A DNA stretch of 64,000 nucleotides from NCBI GenBank assembly GCA_944326585.1, contig CALVEN010000007.1, positions 282 through 64,281 on the forward strand. Direction: 5' to 3'. This DNA comes from Candidatus Gastranaerophilales bacterium. GTDB lineage: Bacteria; Cyanobacteriota; Vampirovibrionia; Gastranaerophilales; Gastranaerophilaceae. How positions within the stretch are numbered: the first letter of the stretch is position 1; the number at the start of each line of letters is the position of its first letter. The translations under genes and the position numbers were made by a program. A model generated the notes under the pieces. The model was not told the DNA's origin and searched no databases. It saw nothing but the letters and a program-made list of their open reading frames with translations. This document shows, one piece after another, positions 18,109 through 27,209 of the stretch.

Positions 18109-18825
18109 ATGTTTTATTTTGACAAAATTTCCGGCAAAAGTATTTTGAAATCCGATCTTATATCCGATATTGAGAATTTTTTTACCACACGTGAAAGTGT
18201 TTTAAAATCATCAGAACCCGATACGGAAAAAGCGGTTAAAAAGAATAAGGAGTTAATTTGTGAATATTTAGGAGTTGATGAGCTTATTTCTCCTGTTCAA
18301 ACCCATAGCAGTAATATTCAATATGCTGAAATCGGAAAAGCAGAATACCCTGATACGGATGCCTTGATTTTGACAAATAATCAACAGGCAGTATTTTTGA
18401 ATTTTGCGGATTGCACACCTGTTGTTTTGTATGATAAAAAACAGCATATTGCCTCTGTTGCACACGCAGGTTGGCGCGGAACAGTTCAAAAAATTGCGGT
18501 CAAAACAATTGAATTTATGAGGTCAAATCCTGAAAATATTCAGGCTGTAATCGGTCCTGCAATTTCAATGTGCTGCTATAATGTAGGAACGGAAGTCTTT
18601 GAAGGCTTAAAGTCTACCGTAAAAAATTTTGACGGGTTGTATAAATTAGAAAATAATGAAATTTTTGTTGATTTGAAAGGAATTAATGCAAGGCAGCTCA
18701 GGGAATTTGGAGTTTTGGAAATAGATATCTGTCCTTATTGCACGTTTTGTGATAATGATATGTTTTATTCTTATAGAAAAGAAAATGCTACCACCAGCCG
18801 TCATAGTGCTGTTATAAAATTATAA
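18109..18825 (+). CDS. pgeF: Peptidoglycan editing factor PgeF / YfiH (DUF152, laccase-domain) family
   Basis: Motifs TDALI, ADCTPVVLYD, AHAGWRGT, CCYNVG, FYSYRKE. Confidence 0.8.
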   Translation: MFYFDKISGKSILKSDLISDIENFFTTRESVLKSSEPDTEKAVKKNKELICEYLGVDELISPVQTHSSNIQYAEIGKAEYPDTDALILTNNQQAVFLNFADCTPVVLYDKKQHIASVAHAGWRGTVQKIAVKTIEFMRSNPENIQAVIGPAISMCCYNVGTEVFEGLKSTVKNFDGLYKLENNEIFVDLKGINARQLREFGVLEIDICPYCTFCDNDMFYSYRKENATTSRHSAVIKL

Positions 18826-18922
18826 ATCTTAACAAAACGTAAAGTTTTTTTGGTATTTTAACAAAAAAAAATATTTTTGATTTTATATTCTGATGAATAC
18901 TTAATATGAAAGGTTAAATTTT

Positions 18923-20203
18923 ATGTACATTCTCCCTGTATCTGTAAGTCAGAATTCTTTAAATGGTATCTCTCAGAAAAAACAAGTTAATACTTTTTCA
19001 AAACAGCATAAAGCTGATGAGGTTTCATTTACCGGCGGTTTGCGTCCCGAAATTATAAAAAATCAGCTGAAAATATATTTAAGTCAAGATATCTGGGCAG
19101 AACATTTAAATGTAAAAATGCCTGAAGCTCCTATAGAAAAAGAAGCTATACTTGAAGTTTTACAAAACAGGTTAAAGCTCGACAGATTTGCAAGACTTTG
19201 TAATGAAAAAGCAAGATTAAAAACGAAAGTAATTGAGTTGAATAATCTTATGGAAAAGGATCCTTTAAACCCGAATTTGCCTAAATTGCGACAGGAACTT
19301 GAAAATAAAGGTAATTTGTCATCGGTGTTTAAAACTTTGGACAAGCAGATTGAAATTGAATCAAAGAAAAATAAACCTGCTCTGGATTATTTTAAAAATT
19401 TGGATAAACTTGAAGATGAATATTTGAGTAAACGTTTGGTCAGATATACAAAGATGGATAAATTCTGGCACAAAATCCTCAATAATAATATTAATAAAGA
19501 CGGAAAATATTCTACAAAAGAATTGATTGATATTATATCAAATGATAAAGTGTCTGTTAATACTGTGAAAAATGTTTCCAAACCATTATCTAAAAAAGAA
19601 CTCCTTTTAAAGGCTGAAAAAGAATATGAACAATATTTAAGAGAAAATATTGATATTTACGAAGGGCGTATTGACCATACAGATGATGTTCTTAAAGGAC
19701 GTCAATTTGTTAAGGATGTAAACAAGGAGATTATACAAAAATATCCCGGTATTGAAAAAAATATTGTTAACTTATTTAGGGCAGTAGAAAAAAAATACAA
19801 GTTTAAGACAAGACAACTTCCAAATGTGCAGGTCTATCCTATAGAGGAAATATGGAAAGATATGCGTGTTGTAGAAGCTGATATGAAGGATGCATTAAAA
19901 GATATTGCAACTTTAAAAGAGCATATAGCACTTTGCCCTGAAAATAAGGTGTTTAAAGAAACTCTTGATTCCCGTGAAAAAGTAGTCGAAAAATTAAAAC
20001 AAGACTGGATAGAAGGGATGAAAATCAGTTTGAATTATGAAAATACCAACCGCGAAATATTCAAAGAAGTAAACGGATTGCCTGTATATGAGTATTTAGC
20101 AGGCGAAAACAAAATTATAAAAAAACACAGAGCCGCACTTGCTGTTTATGAAGCAAATAAAGGCGTTATCCCTGATAATTATTGGAAAGAAATCTTAGGA
20201 TAA
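18923..20203 (+). CDS. Hypothetical Lys/Glu-rich, probably coiled-coil protein
   Basis: 426-aa ORF. No recognisable domain. Confidence 0.55.
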   Translation: MYILPVSVSQNSLNGISQKKQVNTFSKQHKADEVSFTGGLRPEIIKNQLKIYLSQDIWAEHLNVKMPEAPIEKEAILEVLQNRLKLDRFARLCNEKARLKTKVIELNNLMEKDPLNPNLPKLRQELENKGNLSSVFKTLDKQIEIESKKNKPALDYFKNLDKLEDEYLSKRLVRYTKMDKFWHKILNNNINKDGKYSTKELIDIISNDKVSVNTVKNVSKPLSKKELLLKAEKEYEQYLRENIDIYEGRIDHTDDVLKGRQFVKDVNKEIIQKYPGIEKNIVNLFRAVEKKYKFKTRQLPNVQVYPIEEIWKDMRVVEADMKDALKDIATLKEHIALCPENKVFKETLDSREKVVEKLKQDWIEGMKISLNYENTNREIFKEVNGLPVYEYLAGENKIIKKHRAALAVYEANKGVIPDNYWKEILG

Positions 20204-20230
20204 AGTTTTATTATATTTTAGATATATAAA

Positions 20231-20307
20231 AAGATAATCCGATTATGTGGACTCCCGCACCCTCTGTCGCCAGTTGGCTCGGAAGGGAGATTTACCGTAT
20301 CAGATTA
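20231..20307. repeat. GC-rich palindromic island closed by a 10/11-nt inverted repeat
   Basis: GATAATCCGAT...ATCAGATTATC encloses CTCCCGCACCCTCTGTCGCCAGTTGGCTCGGAAGGGAG. Same CCCTC/GGGAG hairpin style as the modules in the pilin leaders, mfd and 63669-63860. Confidence 0.6.
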
Positions 20308-20414
20308 TCCATTACCAGTATAACTCGTTTTTGAAAGTATTTCAAGAATGATATCAAGAAATATGATTAGAATTTGGGATATATAGAAATTGTACTGCGC
20401 GCCGTAGACGGCGT

Positions 20415-21342
20415 ATCTACAATAGTAGAAATTTAGTATAGGTATTAAACCGGCAATTATACAATGCACTGCGGTGGCGATCTACAATAGTAGAAATTTA
20501 ATATAGGTATTAAACTCGTGGAGTAAATCAACGTGCTTGCCCATCTACAATAGTAGAAATTTAATATAGGTATTAAACAAATAGAATCATCAAAAGGCAC
20601 CTTTTAATCTACAATAGTAGAAATTTAATATAGGTATTAAACATGGTTCGTCTGCCTTATATTCGCTTCGGATCTACAATAGTAGAAATTTAATATAGGT
20701 ATTAAACTTCAAGACCGCCAAACATGCCCAAAATATCTACAATAGTAGAAATTTAATATAGGTATTAAACATTGCGTCAAACCTTGGCAACGGCAAATCT
20801 ACAATAGTAGAAATTTAATATAGGTATTAAACAGGAAGATTATGAACAACAAGAAGAATAATCTACAATAGTAGAAATTTAATATAGGTATTAAACAAAA
20901 AATCATGACAATAATACACGCTTTATCTACAATAGTAGAAATTTAATATAGGTATTAAACATCAATTTTGCAACAGCAAGTATCAGTGATCTACAATAGT
21001 AGAAATTTAATATAGGTATTAAACATGACAAGATATGAAGATAGTTTCGTCTATCTACAATAGTAGAAATTTAATATAGGTATTAAACAGCCGAAGCGAG
21101 CCTTCACACACTGGAGGATCTACAATAGTAGAAATTTAATATAGGTATTAAACGAGGCTATGGTAGTTTCTGGCGATGTATCTACAATAGTAGAAATTTA
21201 ATATAGGTATTAAACAAATGAATGCATATCTTGATACGGCGGAATCTACAATAGTAGAAATTTAATATAGGTATTAAACAACTCTCGGGCATCAATGCTA
21301 CTTCATATCTACAATAGTAGAAATTTAATATAGGTATTAAAC
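20415..21342 (-). CRISPR. Type V-A CRISPR array, 15 repeats and 14 spacers
   Basis: 36-nt repeat, minus-strand reading GTTTAATACCTATATTAAATTTCTACTATTGTAGAT. This carries the Cas12a crRNA handle AAUUUCUACU-AUU-GUAGAU. Repeat starts on the + strand: 20415, 20480, 20543, 20607, 20672, 20735, 20797, 20861, 20925, 20989, 21053, 21118, 21180, 21244, 21307. Spacers are 26-29 nt. The leader-distal repeat (20415-20450) has one substitution. Confidence 0.97.
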
Positions 21343-21479
21343 CCTTAGAAGGTAATTTTTACCTATTTTTGGATATTTTATTGTCAAAGTACGACATATT
21401 TGGTTATATTTCATCTCATTTAATACCTATATTTATAATTTTTTTATATTAAGACTCAGGTTTGTACAAATCTAGTAAA
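21343..21479 (-). promoter_or_regulatory. CRISPR leader
   Basis: AT-rich 137 nt between the cas2 stop and the first repeat. The degenerate repeat is at the opposite end of the array. Confidence 0.75.
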
Positions 21480-21755
21480 CTAATCTACTATTATTATATC
21501 ACTTTCTTCATTTTTTAAAAAGCCATATTTAGAAATTTTACAATTTTCACTTGTTTCTATTATTAAAACACTATCAGTTTGTTTAAATAAATTTTTAAAA
21601 ACACTATCTATTTCATTTTTTATAATATCTAATAATCGTTTGCTATTTTGTATTTTATATACAGAAAATTGCATTCGGTTCCCGTATTTTCGTAAAAATT
21701 TTGAAAATTGTGTTCTTAATTTATCATCCGCTATATCATAACTTACTAATATCAT
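21480..21755 (-). CDS. cas2: CRISPR-associated endoribonuclease Cas2
   Basis: MILVSYDIADDKLRTQFSKFLRKYGNRMQFSVYK is a canonical Cas2 N-terminus. 4-nt overlap with cas1. Confidence 0.92.
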   Translation of the reverse strand: MILVSYDIADDKLRTQFSKFLRKYGNRMQFSVYKIQNSKRLLDIIKNEIDSVFKNLFKQTDSVLIIETSENCKISKYGFLKNEESDIIIVD

Positions 21756-22710
21756 AAGACCGCCTTTGGGAATTTATTTATATCATCATCTTTCATAAAC
21801 CATCTGTAATATTGTTGTATAAAATCAAAAATATTTTCTTTATAATTCAATATTTCTTCTAAAATTTGACAAACAAAATTGTTGCTGTCTTTCCAATCTA
21901 ATTGATATTGTTCTTTATGTTGTGTAAATTTATAATTTTCTATTTGTTTTAAATTTATCATTTTCCTTATTTTATAATCCACAATAGGTCTAAATGGTTC
22001 TATAATATCGCATACTAAAGATTTTCTTTTATAAAATTCTTTATGTAAATTACCTTTATAAATGTCAAAACCGTATATGTTTAATATTGCTTCTATATAA
22101 TTAAATAATACAGTATACCCTATATCTAAAAGTAAATTTATTTTATCTCTTTTTACTCTCGGCTGGCGTCCCTGCCAATCAAAAGGTTTAAACATCCTAT
22201 TAAAATAAATTTTTGCACATGTTCCCTCAATGCCCATAATTTCGTAATTATTATAATCAGACTTTGATAATTTATTTATTGAATCATTTAATTTTTTTAT
22301 TCCGTCTTTAAATTCTTTATCTCTTAATTTCTTTAAAAAATTTCTTTGATTAGATATTTTATTTATAATCAATTGCTTCGCAATTTCTTCACTGCGAGTT
22401 GTTATATATTGTTTTTCATGAAGTAAAAAATTACCTTCCAATACAAAATTTATTGTTGAGTAAACTTTAAAACCGGGTGTAAATAATACTATTGAAAATC
22501 CAAATTTTTTGCTCCTTGAAATTATTCCGCTTGTTAAGGTAATACCACCAACTATAAAAAGTGCAAATAAATTATAGCAACTTAATTGAAATTTAATTTT
22601 ATCTTCTTTGTCAAAGATTACAACATTATCATTTTTGAAGGAAATTTTGTCCCTTCATGCGTAAAGACAATTATAACTTTTTTCTCTAAAAAATCTGGTT
22701 TGGTCAGCAT
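21752..22710 (-). CDS. cas1: CRISPR-associated integrase Cas1, interrupted by a 1-nt frameshift near codon 23
   Basis: ATG 22710 overlaps the cas4 stop (ATGCTGA) and encodes MLTKPDFLEKKVIIVFTHEGTK. The -1 frame continues ISFKNDNVVIFDKEDKIKFQLSCYNLFALFIVGGITLTSGIISRSKKFGFSIVLF... into the track ORF 21752..22441. One extra A in the A4 run at 22645-22648 would give a 319-aa Cas1. Confidence 0.88.
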
Positions 22711-23264
22711 AATAAACTCCTGTCACAGCTTGGTTCATATATACAATTTTTACATTTGTCTATATTTTGTGCTTTAAATGTATGAATATCAAAATCGTGA
22801 ATATCCTTGATTAACTTTCGGAATTTGTTATCAGTTTCTTGGTCTTCTTTAGGGAGTTTGATGTCATAATTTTTATTATCTTTAATACTGTGAAATCTTA
22901 TTTTTTTAACTTCATAACCCATCTCAATTAATGCATAATATTGTGCATATAATTGAAATACATAACCGTCGTATATTTTTATTATTTTATTCTTTCGTTC
23001 GGTTAAAATACCTGTTTCTATATCAAATGTATCAATCTTTCCGGCAATATTAAATTCTGAACAAAATATGTTTATTCCCTGTAAAATAGTTTTTTTATCC
23101 GAATATAATTGTTTGTCAATTGTCTTATGAGCATTAGTTCCTGAAGTTTGTTTTGTTGATTGATACACAGATTTTTCTAATGTCCCGTATAACTTATGAA
23201 AATAAATTGATACGGGACAAAAGATAAAATCATTTAGATATGAGATTAATATTGTTTCTTCCAT
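22704..23264 (-). CDS. cas4: CRISPR-associated exonuclease Cas4
   Basis: N-terminal Cys (FCPVSIYF), RecB-like D...ERK core, C-terminal CKNCIYEPSC cluster. 1-nt overlap with cas12a (TAATG). Confidence 0.9.
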   Translation of the reverse strand: MEETILISYLNDFIFCPVSIYFHKLYGTLEKSVYQSTKQTSGTNAHKTIDKQLYSDKKTILQGINIFCSEFNIAGKIDTFDIETGILTERKNKIIKIYDGYVFQLYAQYYALIEMGYEVKKIRFHSIKDNKNYDIKLPKEDQETDNKFRKLIKDIHDFDIHTFKAQNIDKCKNCIYEPSCDRSLLC

Positions 23265-26200
23265 TATTCACTATCAAGTTCTTGTATATAAGTTAACCAG
23301 TCAGAATTTTTTATTGCATAAGCTATTTTTTCACCTCCATTTGTATGCTTTATACGATTAAGGATAATTAGTCCTTTTCTGGCTATATTATAAGCTCCGT
23401 TCGCGTCAGCATTTTGAGGCAAAGAATTATCACAACATCTTGAATCAAAGAAAAATCCTTTTTTATTTTTTATCGGTGATAATATATAATCTTTTTCGTT
23501 ACCTGTAATACTATTTCTTAATTGTACTAAAAGCTTAAATAAAATTCCAAAACCATTAAATCCGTCTTTTTCGGCAACTGCATTAAAGAATTTTGTATCC
23601 GCCTTGTCAAGTATTTCATTTTTTATGTTTTGATAATCTATATTATATTTATCAAATAAAATTTGAAATTCCTTGGTTAAATTTACGGTAATATTATCCC
23701 ATTCATTATTCTTCTTAGGATTTCGGAATGTTCGTATTCTGTCACCGTATGTACAAAGAGTCCATTCAGTTCTGTTTCCGGAAGATTTATCACTGAAATT
23801 TTTATAATCAAAATTAAATTCAAAATAATTTTCTTGATTATTAAATTTTATAAAATTAAATTTTTTAATAAATTCTTTATCAACTTTTTTTAAATCAAAT
23901 AAATTTACAAAACCCGTAGTCGGATCAATTTTACTCGTCCACACTGCAGGAATATAAAATATTATTCCATTTTGTTTTGTACTATTTATTTCTTTTGTTG
24001 CAAGCTGGTATGCATTCATCAATCCGCCCTGTTCAAATTTGTTTTGAATTGATTTATCAACAAGATAACTTAGTTTATCAATTAATTTTGTTTCAAATTT
24101 ATCATATACGGATTTTTCGACTTTTTTTCTTGAATTTTTAAAGCCGCTATTTAAATCTTCCAGTACTATAATGGCATTGTATTTGAACATTAAACGGGTA
24201 AGTTCATGCACAACCTGACTCATATATCCTTCTTTTAATTCTTTTATGTTTTGAATAGTACCCCACGATTTTCTATTGGCATCTCTTTCGGCCTCTTTTC
24301 TTTCGAGTAAATCATGGTAATTTGTATTTTCGATTATATTTAAAGAACGTTGTTCAATAATTTCACCGTTCATGTTGATAACGCTTATGTATAGAAGATG
24401 TCTTTCGCCTCTATCAATACCTATAATGTGAATATCATCAGAGTTTTTAATTTCATTGTTTGTAAAATCATTTAATTTGTTTATGTTTTGTGCTTTAAAA
24501 TTCAATGTAATCGGAACATGGAACTGAAATTTATCCAATGTAAATCTTTTATCTTTGATTAAATCATATTCAAAAGTACTGTATTTTTTAGGATTATCAG
24601 GGTTTTTATTTTCAATGGGTTCATTTTTAGGATGAGTTACTTTTGTTTCAATACTCTTTTTTCTGTAGAAAATTTCCGCTCCGCCGTTTAATTGATATAT
24701 GACATCTTTTAAGTTGTCTGCATCAAATAAGGCTCTCCAATACATTGTATGCAGATTCGGACGACCTTTTGAATATTTTGAAAAATCTTTGTTATAAATT
24801 TGGAAAAGATAAAGTTTACCTTCTTCTACAAGTTGATTTATGTAACTTTCAGAAATATTTGTAAAAGAAATTTTATATCCTTGCAGCTCAACTTCCCGAT
24901 AAAATTGACTTATATCTTGATATGTATTAGTATCCGAAAATTTAAAGTTGAATTTTGACCAGTCTTCATGCTTATTTATAGATTGTTTATAAAAATCTAT
25001 TAGTTCATGACAAAATCCTAAATCAAAATTTGCTCCTTTTTTATATAATCCTTTTTCATATTTGGCTATCAATTCATCGGAAGGATTAAATTCTTCTTTT
25101 CTGGAGTCTGAAAATAATACTTTTGGAAGCATTTTATTGGGACCGGGAAGCAATTTATATTCTATTTTTTCATAATATGATAAAGCTGACTCTTTATCAT
25201 TATTAATAAAAATTTTTCTGTTATTTTTATTGATAATTCCAATGTAATAATTTCCGTCTTTAATTAACAATGTCCCTAAATTTGCTTCTTCTTTATTCAA
25301 GTCCCAGCCGCTTAAAAAAGTAGGGCAATCAAAATTAAGTTTAAATTTTTCGACAGAATAAGGTTTTTTGGTTAAATAATTTCTTGTTTTGTTATAAACC
25401 GGAATTATTTCAGATAACAGTTCATAATTAAGCGAATTATAAAATTCTAAATCTGTTTCAATTGATTTGTTTTTCGGAATAAGGTGTTTTATAAGCATCT
25501 GTACATTTTTTAGTGAATCAAGGAAATCTTTTATTTTTTCAACTGCTTTTTTGTCTTGTATCAATTGTGTAGATGTTTCATCATATTCTTTTTCAAGTAT
25601 AGGTTTTACTTCAGAATAAGTTTTATCTATGAGTTTAAAATGTTCATTTATTTTATCTTTAAAATAGTTATAAAGTTTACCTTCATTGTTGCTATCTTTG
25701 TCATATTTTGATATAAGTTCTTCAATTCTATAAAGTGAAATTTCTTTAATTTTTTTTAATTCGTTATCTTTTTTGTCTGTATATTTTTCTGTTCCGTAAG
25801 CCAGTTTACCTTTATAATTATTGTCATATTCCATACTCAAAAGATAATTAATATAGCCCCAATCTTTGTAGATATTTTGGCTTATTCCTGTATTATCATC
25901 CAGAATTAAATAAATTTCTTCTGTATTATAGTTAGATATATTTTCAATAACATTTTCAAATGATTTATTTTCTATGAAAGCATCAGAAAATATTTTAAAA
26001 TAGTTATTAATGAGCTCAGTTACCTGTTTATCAGATTCAATCGTATTAAATTTAAAAGAAACAGAATTTGCATCACTTAAAATTTGCTTATAAAGCTGTT
26101 TTAATTTTGGGATTTTAATTTTTGTATCTTGAATATATTTATTTACTATTTCATTTATACCCTGTATTTTTTTATCATTTGTTGCTTTTCCGGAAATAAT

Positions 26201-26923
26201 AAGATTATATTCTTCAATTTGCCTTTGATTTAAAACATGTGTATAATTTTCAACGGTAGAAAAATATTCATCACAATCAAGTCCTAAATTTTGTTTTATT
26301 GTGTTTTTTATTTCAGGAATATTTTCTGAAATTTTATTAAATGCTTTAATATTCTTTAAATAAATAGGCAGATTTTCATTAATTAACCTGTAAGCTATAG
26401 ACGTATGTTTTTCTTCATTTGAATACATATTTTTTCGGTTTGTATCAAAACCTGAAAAATACGTTGTGAATTTTTCAAACACTTTTATTTCTTCAAGGAT
26501 TTCATTGTTGTTTTTATAATATTCTTGTAAATTTTTATTAATCATGTCTTTTCCAAAAAGAGTATTATATTTGGAATTCTTAGTAAATCTATCGGAAATT
26601 TTTTGACGTAATAATTTTTCTATACTTGAAAATTCTTTTTCTTCTTTTTCAGATAAATTTTGGCGGTTAAAAAATTCTGTATATTGTATTAATAAACATT
26701 TAAAATTTTCATCATTAAAATTATCCAAACATTCATTAATGAAATATTTATGATATTCATCACAATATTTTTTAATTTTTTGATATAATATCGCCTTTTT
26801 TTCATCTTCTTTTAAAATATATTCCGCAAAATACTCCTTTGTTTTTCCAATCGGAATAAGCTCAAATCTTAAAGTTTTTGAAACTTTAAATAAATTGTGA
26901 AAACAGTCATAAAAATTTTTCAT
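23264..26923 (-). CDS. cas12a: Cas12a (Cpf1), type V-A effector, 1219 aa
   Basis: N-terminus FKVSKTLRFELIPIGKT. RuvC-I IGIDRGERHLLY, RuvC-II IVLEDLNSGFK, RuvC-III DADANGAYNIARKG. AGGAG lies 6 nt before the ATG. The repeat type matches. Confidence 0.95.
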   Translation of the reverse strand: MKNFYDCFHNLFKVSKTLRFELIPIGKTKEYFAEYILKEDEKKAILYQKIKKYCDEYHKYFINECLDNFNDENFKCLLIQYTEFFNRQNLSEKEEKEFSSIEKLLRQKISDRFTKNSKYNTLFGKDMINKNLQEYYKNNNEILEEIKVFEKFTTYFSGFDTNRKNMYSNEEKHTSIAYRLINENLPIYLKNIKAFNKISENIPEIKNTIKQNLGLDCDEYFSTVENYTHVLNQRQIEEYNLIISGKATNDKKIQGINEIVNKYIQDTKIKIPKLKQLYKQILSDANSVSFKFNTIESDKQVTELINNYFKIFSDAFIENKSFENVIENISNYNTEEIYLILDDNTGISQNIYKDWGYINYLLSMEYDNNYKGKLAYGTEKYTDKKDNELKKIKEISLYRIEELISKYDKDSNNEGKLYNYFKDKINEHFKLIDKTYSEVKPILEKEYDETSTQLIQDKKAVEKIKDFLDSLKNVQMLIKHLIPKNKSIETDLEFYNSLNYELLSEIIPVYNKTRNYLTKKPYSVEKFKLNFDCPTFLSGWDLNKEEANLGTLLIKDGNYYIGIINKNNRKIFINNDKESALSYYEKIEYKLLPGPNKMLPKVLFSDSRKEEFNPSDELIAKYEKGLYKKGANFDLGFCHELIDFYKQSINKHEDWSKFNFKFSDTNTYQDISQFYREVELQGYKISFTNISESYINQLVEEGKLYLFQIYNKDFSKYSKGRPNLHTMYWRALFDADNLKDVIYQLNGGAEIFYRKKSIETKVTHPKNEPIENKNPDNPKKYSTFEYDLIKDKRFTLDKFQFHVPITLNFKAQNINKLNDFTNNEIKNSDDIHIIGIDRGERHLLYISVINMNGEIIEQRSLNIIENTNYHDLLERKEAERDANRKSWGTIQNIKELKEGYMSQVVHELTRLMFKYNAIIVLEDLNSGFKNSRKKVEKSVYDKFETKLIDKLSYLVDKSIQNKFEQGGLMNAYQLATKEINSTKQNGIIFYIPAVWTSKIDPTTGFVNLFDLKKVDKEFIKKFNFIKFNNQENYFEFNFDYKNFSDKSSGNRTEWTLCTYGDRIRTFRNPKKNNEWDNITVNLTKEFQILFDKYNIDYQNIKNEILDKADTKFFNAVAEKDGFNGFGILFKLLVQLRNSITGNEKDYILSPIKNKKGFFFDSRCCDNSLPQNADANGAYNIARKGLIILNRIKHTNGGEKIAYAIKNSDWLTYIQELDSE

Positions 26924-27154
26924 ACTACACTCCTAATTATTATTTTTTATATTATGATATAATATTTTATCATAAAAAATGTATTTTACATTTAAAATTC
27001 ACGCATAAAATAAAGATATTTTTTATAGGTTATTATTTGTCAATAATATAGATTTGCAATTTTGGGCAATATTAAATGTAAATTTATGGAAAAGAGTAAC
27101 TGATAAAAATTACAATGAAATTTGAAGTATCTTCTTGATTAAGGAATATATAAA

Positions 27155-27183
27155 TTGACAAAACAGATAAAAATGGATATAAT
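27155..27183 (+). promoter_or_regulatory. Consensus sigma70 promoter for the fic gene
   Basis: TTGACA (27155-27160), 17-nt spacer, TATAAT (27178-27183). Confidence 0.7.
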
Positions 27184-27209
27184 TGGATAAAAATGGGTAT
27201 AAACGGATA

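Noticed and set aside
20238-20262. Resemblance of GTGGACTCCCGCACCC to the tmRNA 3' end (GTGGGACTCGAACCCAC), as a candidate distal att site
   Set aside because: Too many mismatches for an att duplication, and no integrase in the interval. Kept only as a weak hypothesis in the island finding.
20255-20295. The minus-strand ACTGGCGA string resembles the start of the ZTP (pfl) riboswitch core
   Set aside because: The second conserved half (CCGCCTGGGC) and the pseudoknot partner are absent. No purine or folate gene lies downstream.
20366-20390. Possible sixteenth, highly degenerate CRISPR repeat (TAGAATTTGGGATATATAGAAAT)
   Set aside because: Only scattered identities to the repeat, and it needs indels. 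Only the 7-nt TAGAAAT match adjacent to the 24-nt segment is noted, in the corresponding finding.
21382-21387. Perfect TTGACA (minus strand) in the CRISPR leader, as a candidate array promoter
   Set aside because: No acceptable -10 hexamer at 16-19 nt spacing. Not annotated.
22586-22777. 63-aa plus-strand ORF at the cas4/cas1 junction
   Set aside because: Antisense to the cas operon. The interval is explained by the cas1 N-terminal exon and the cas4 3' end.
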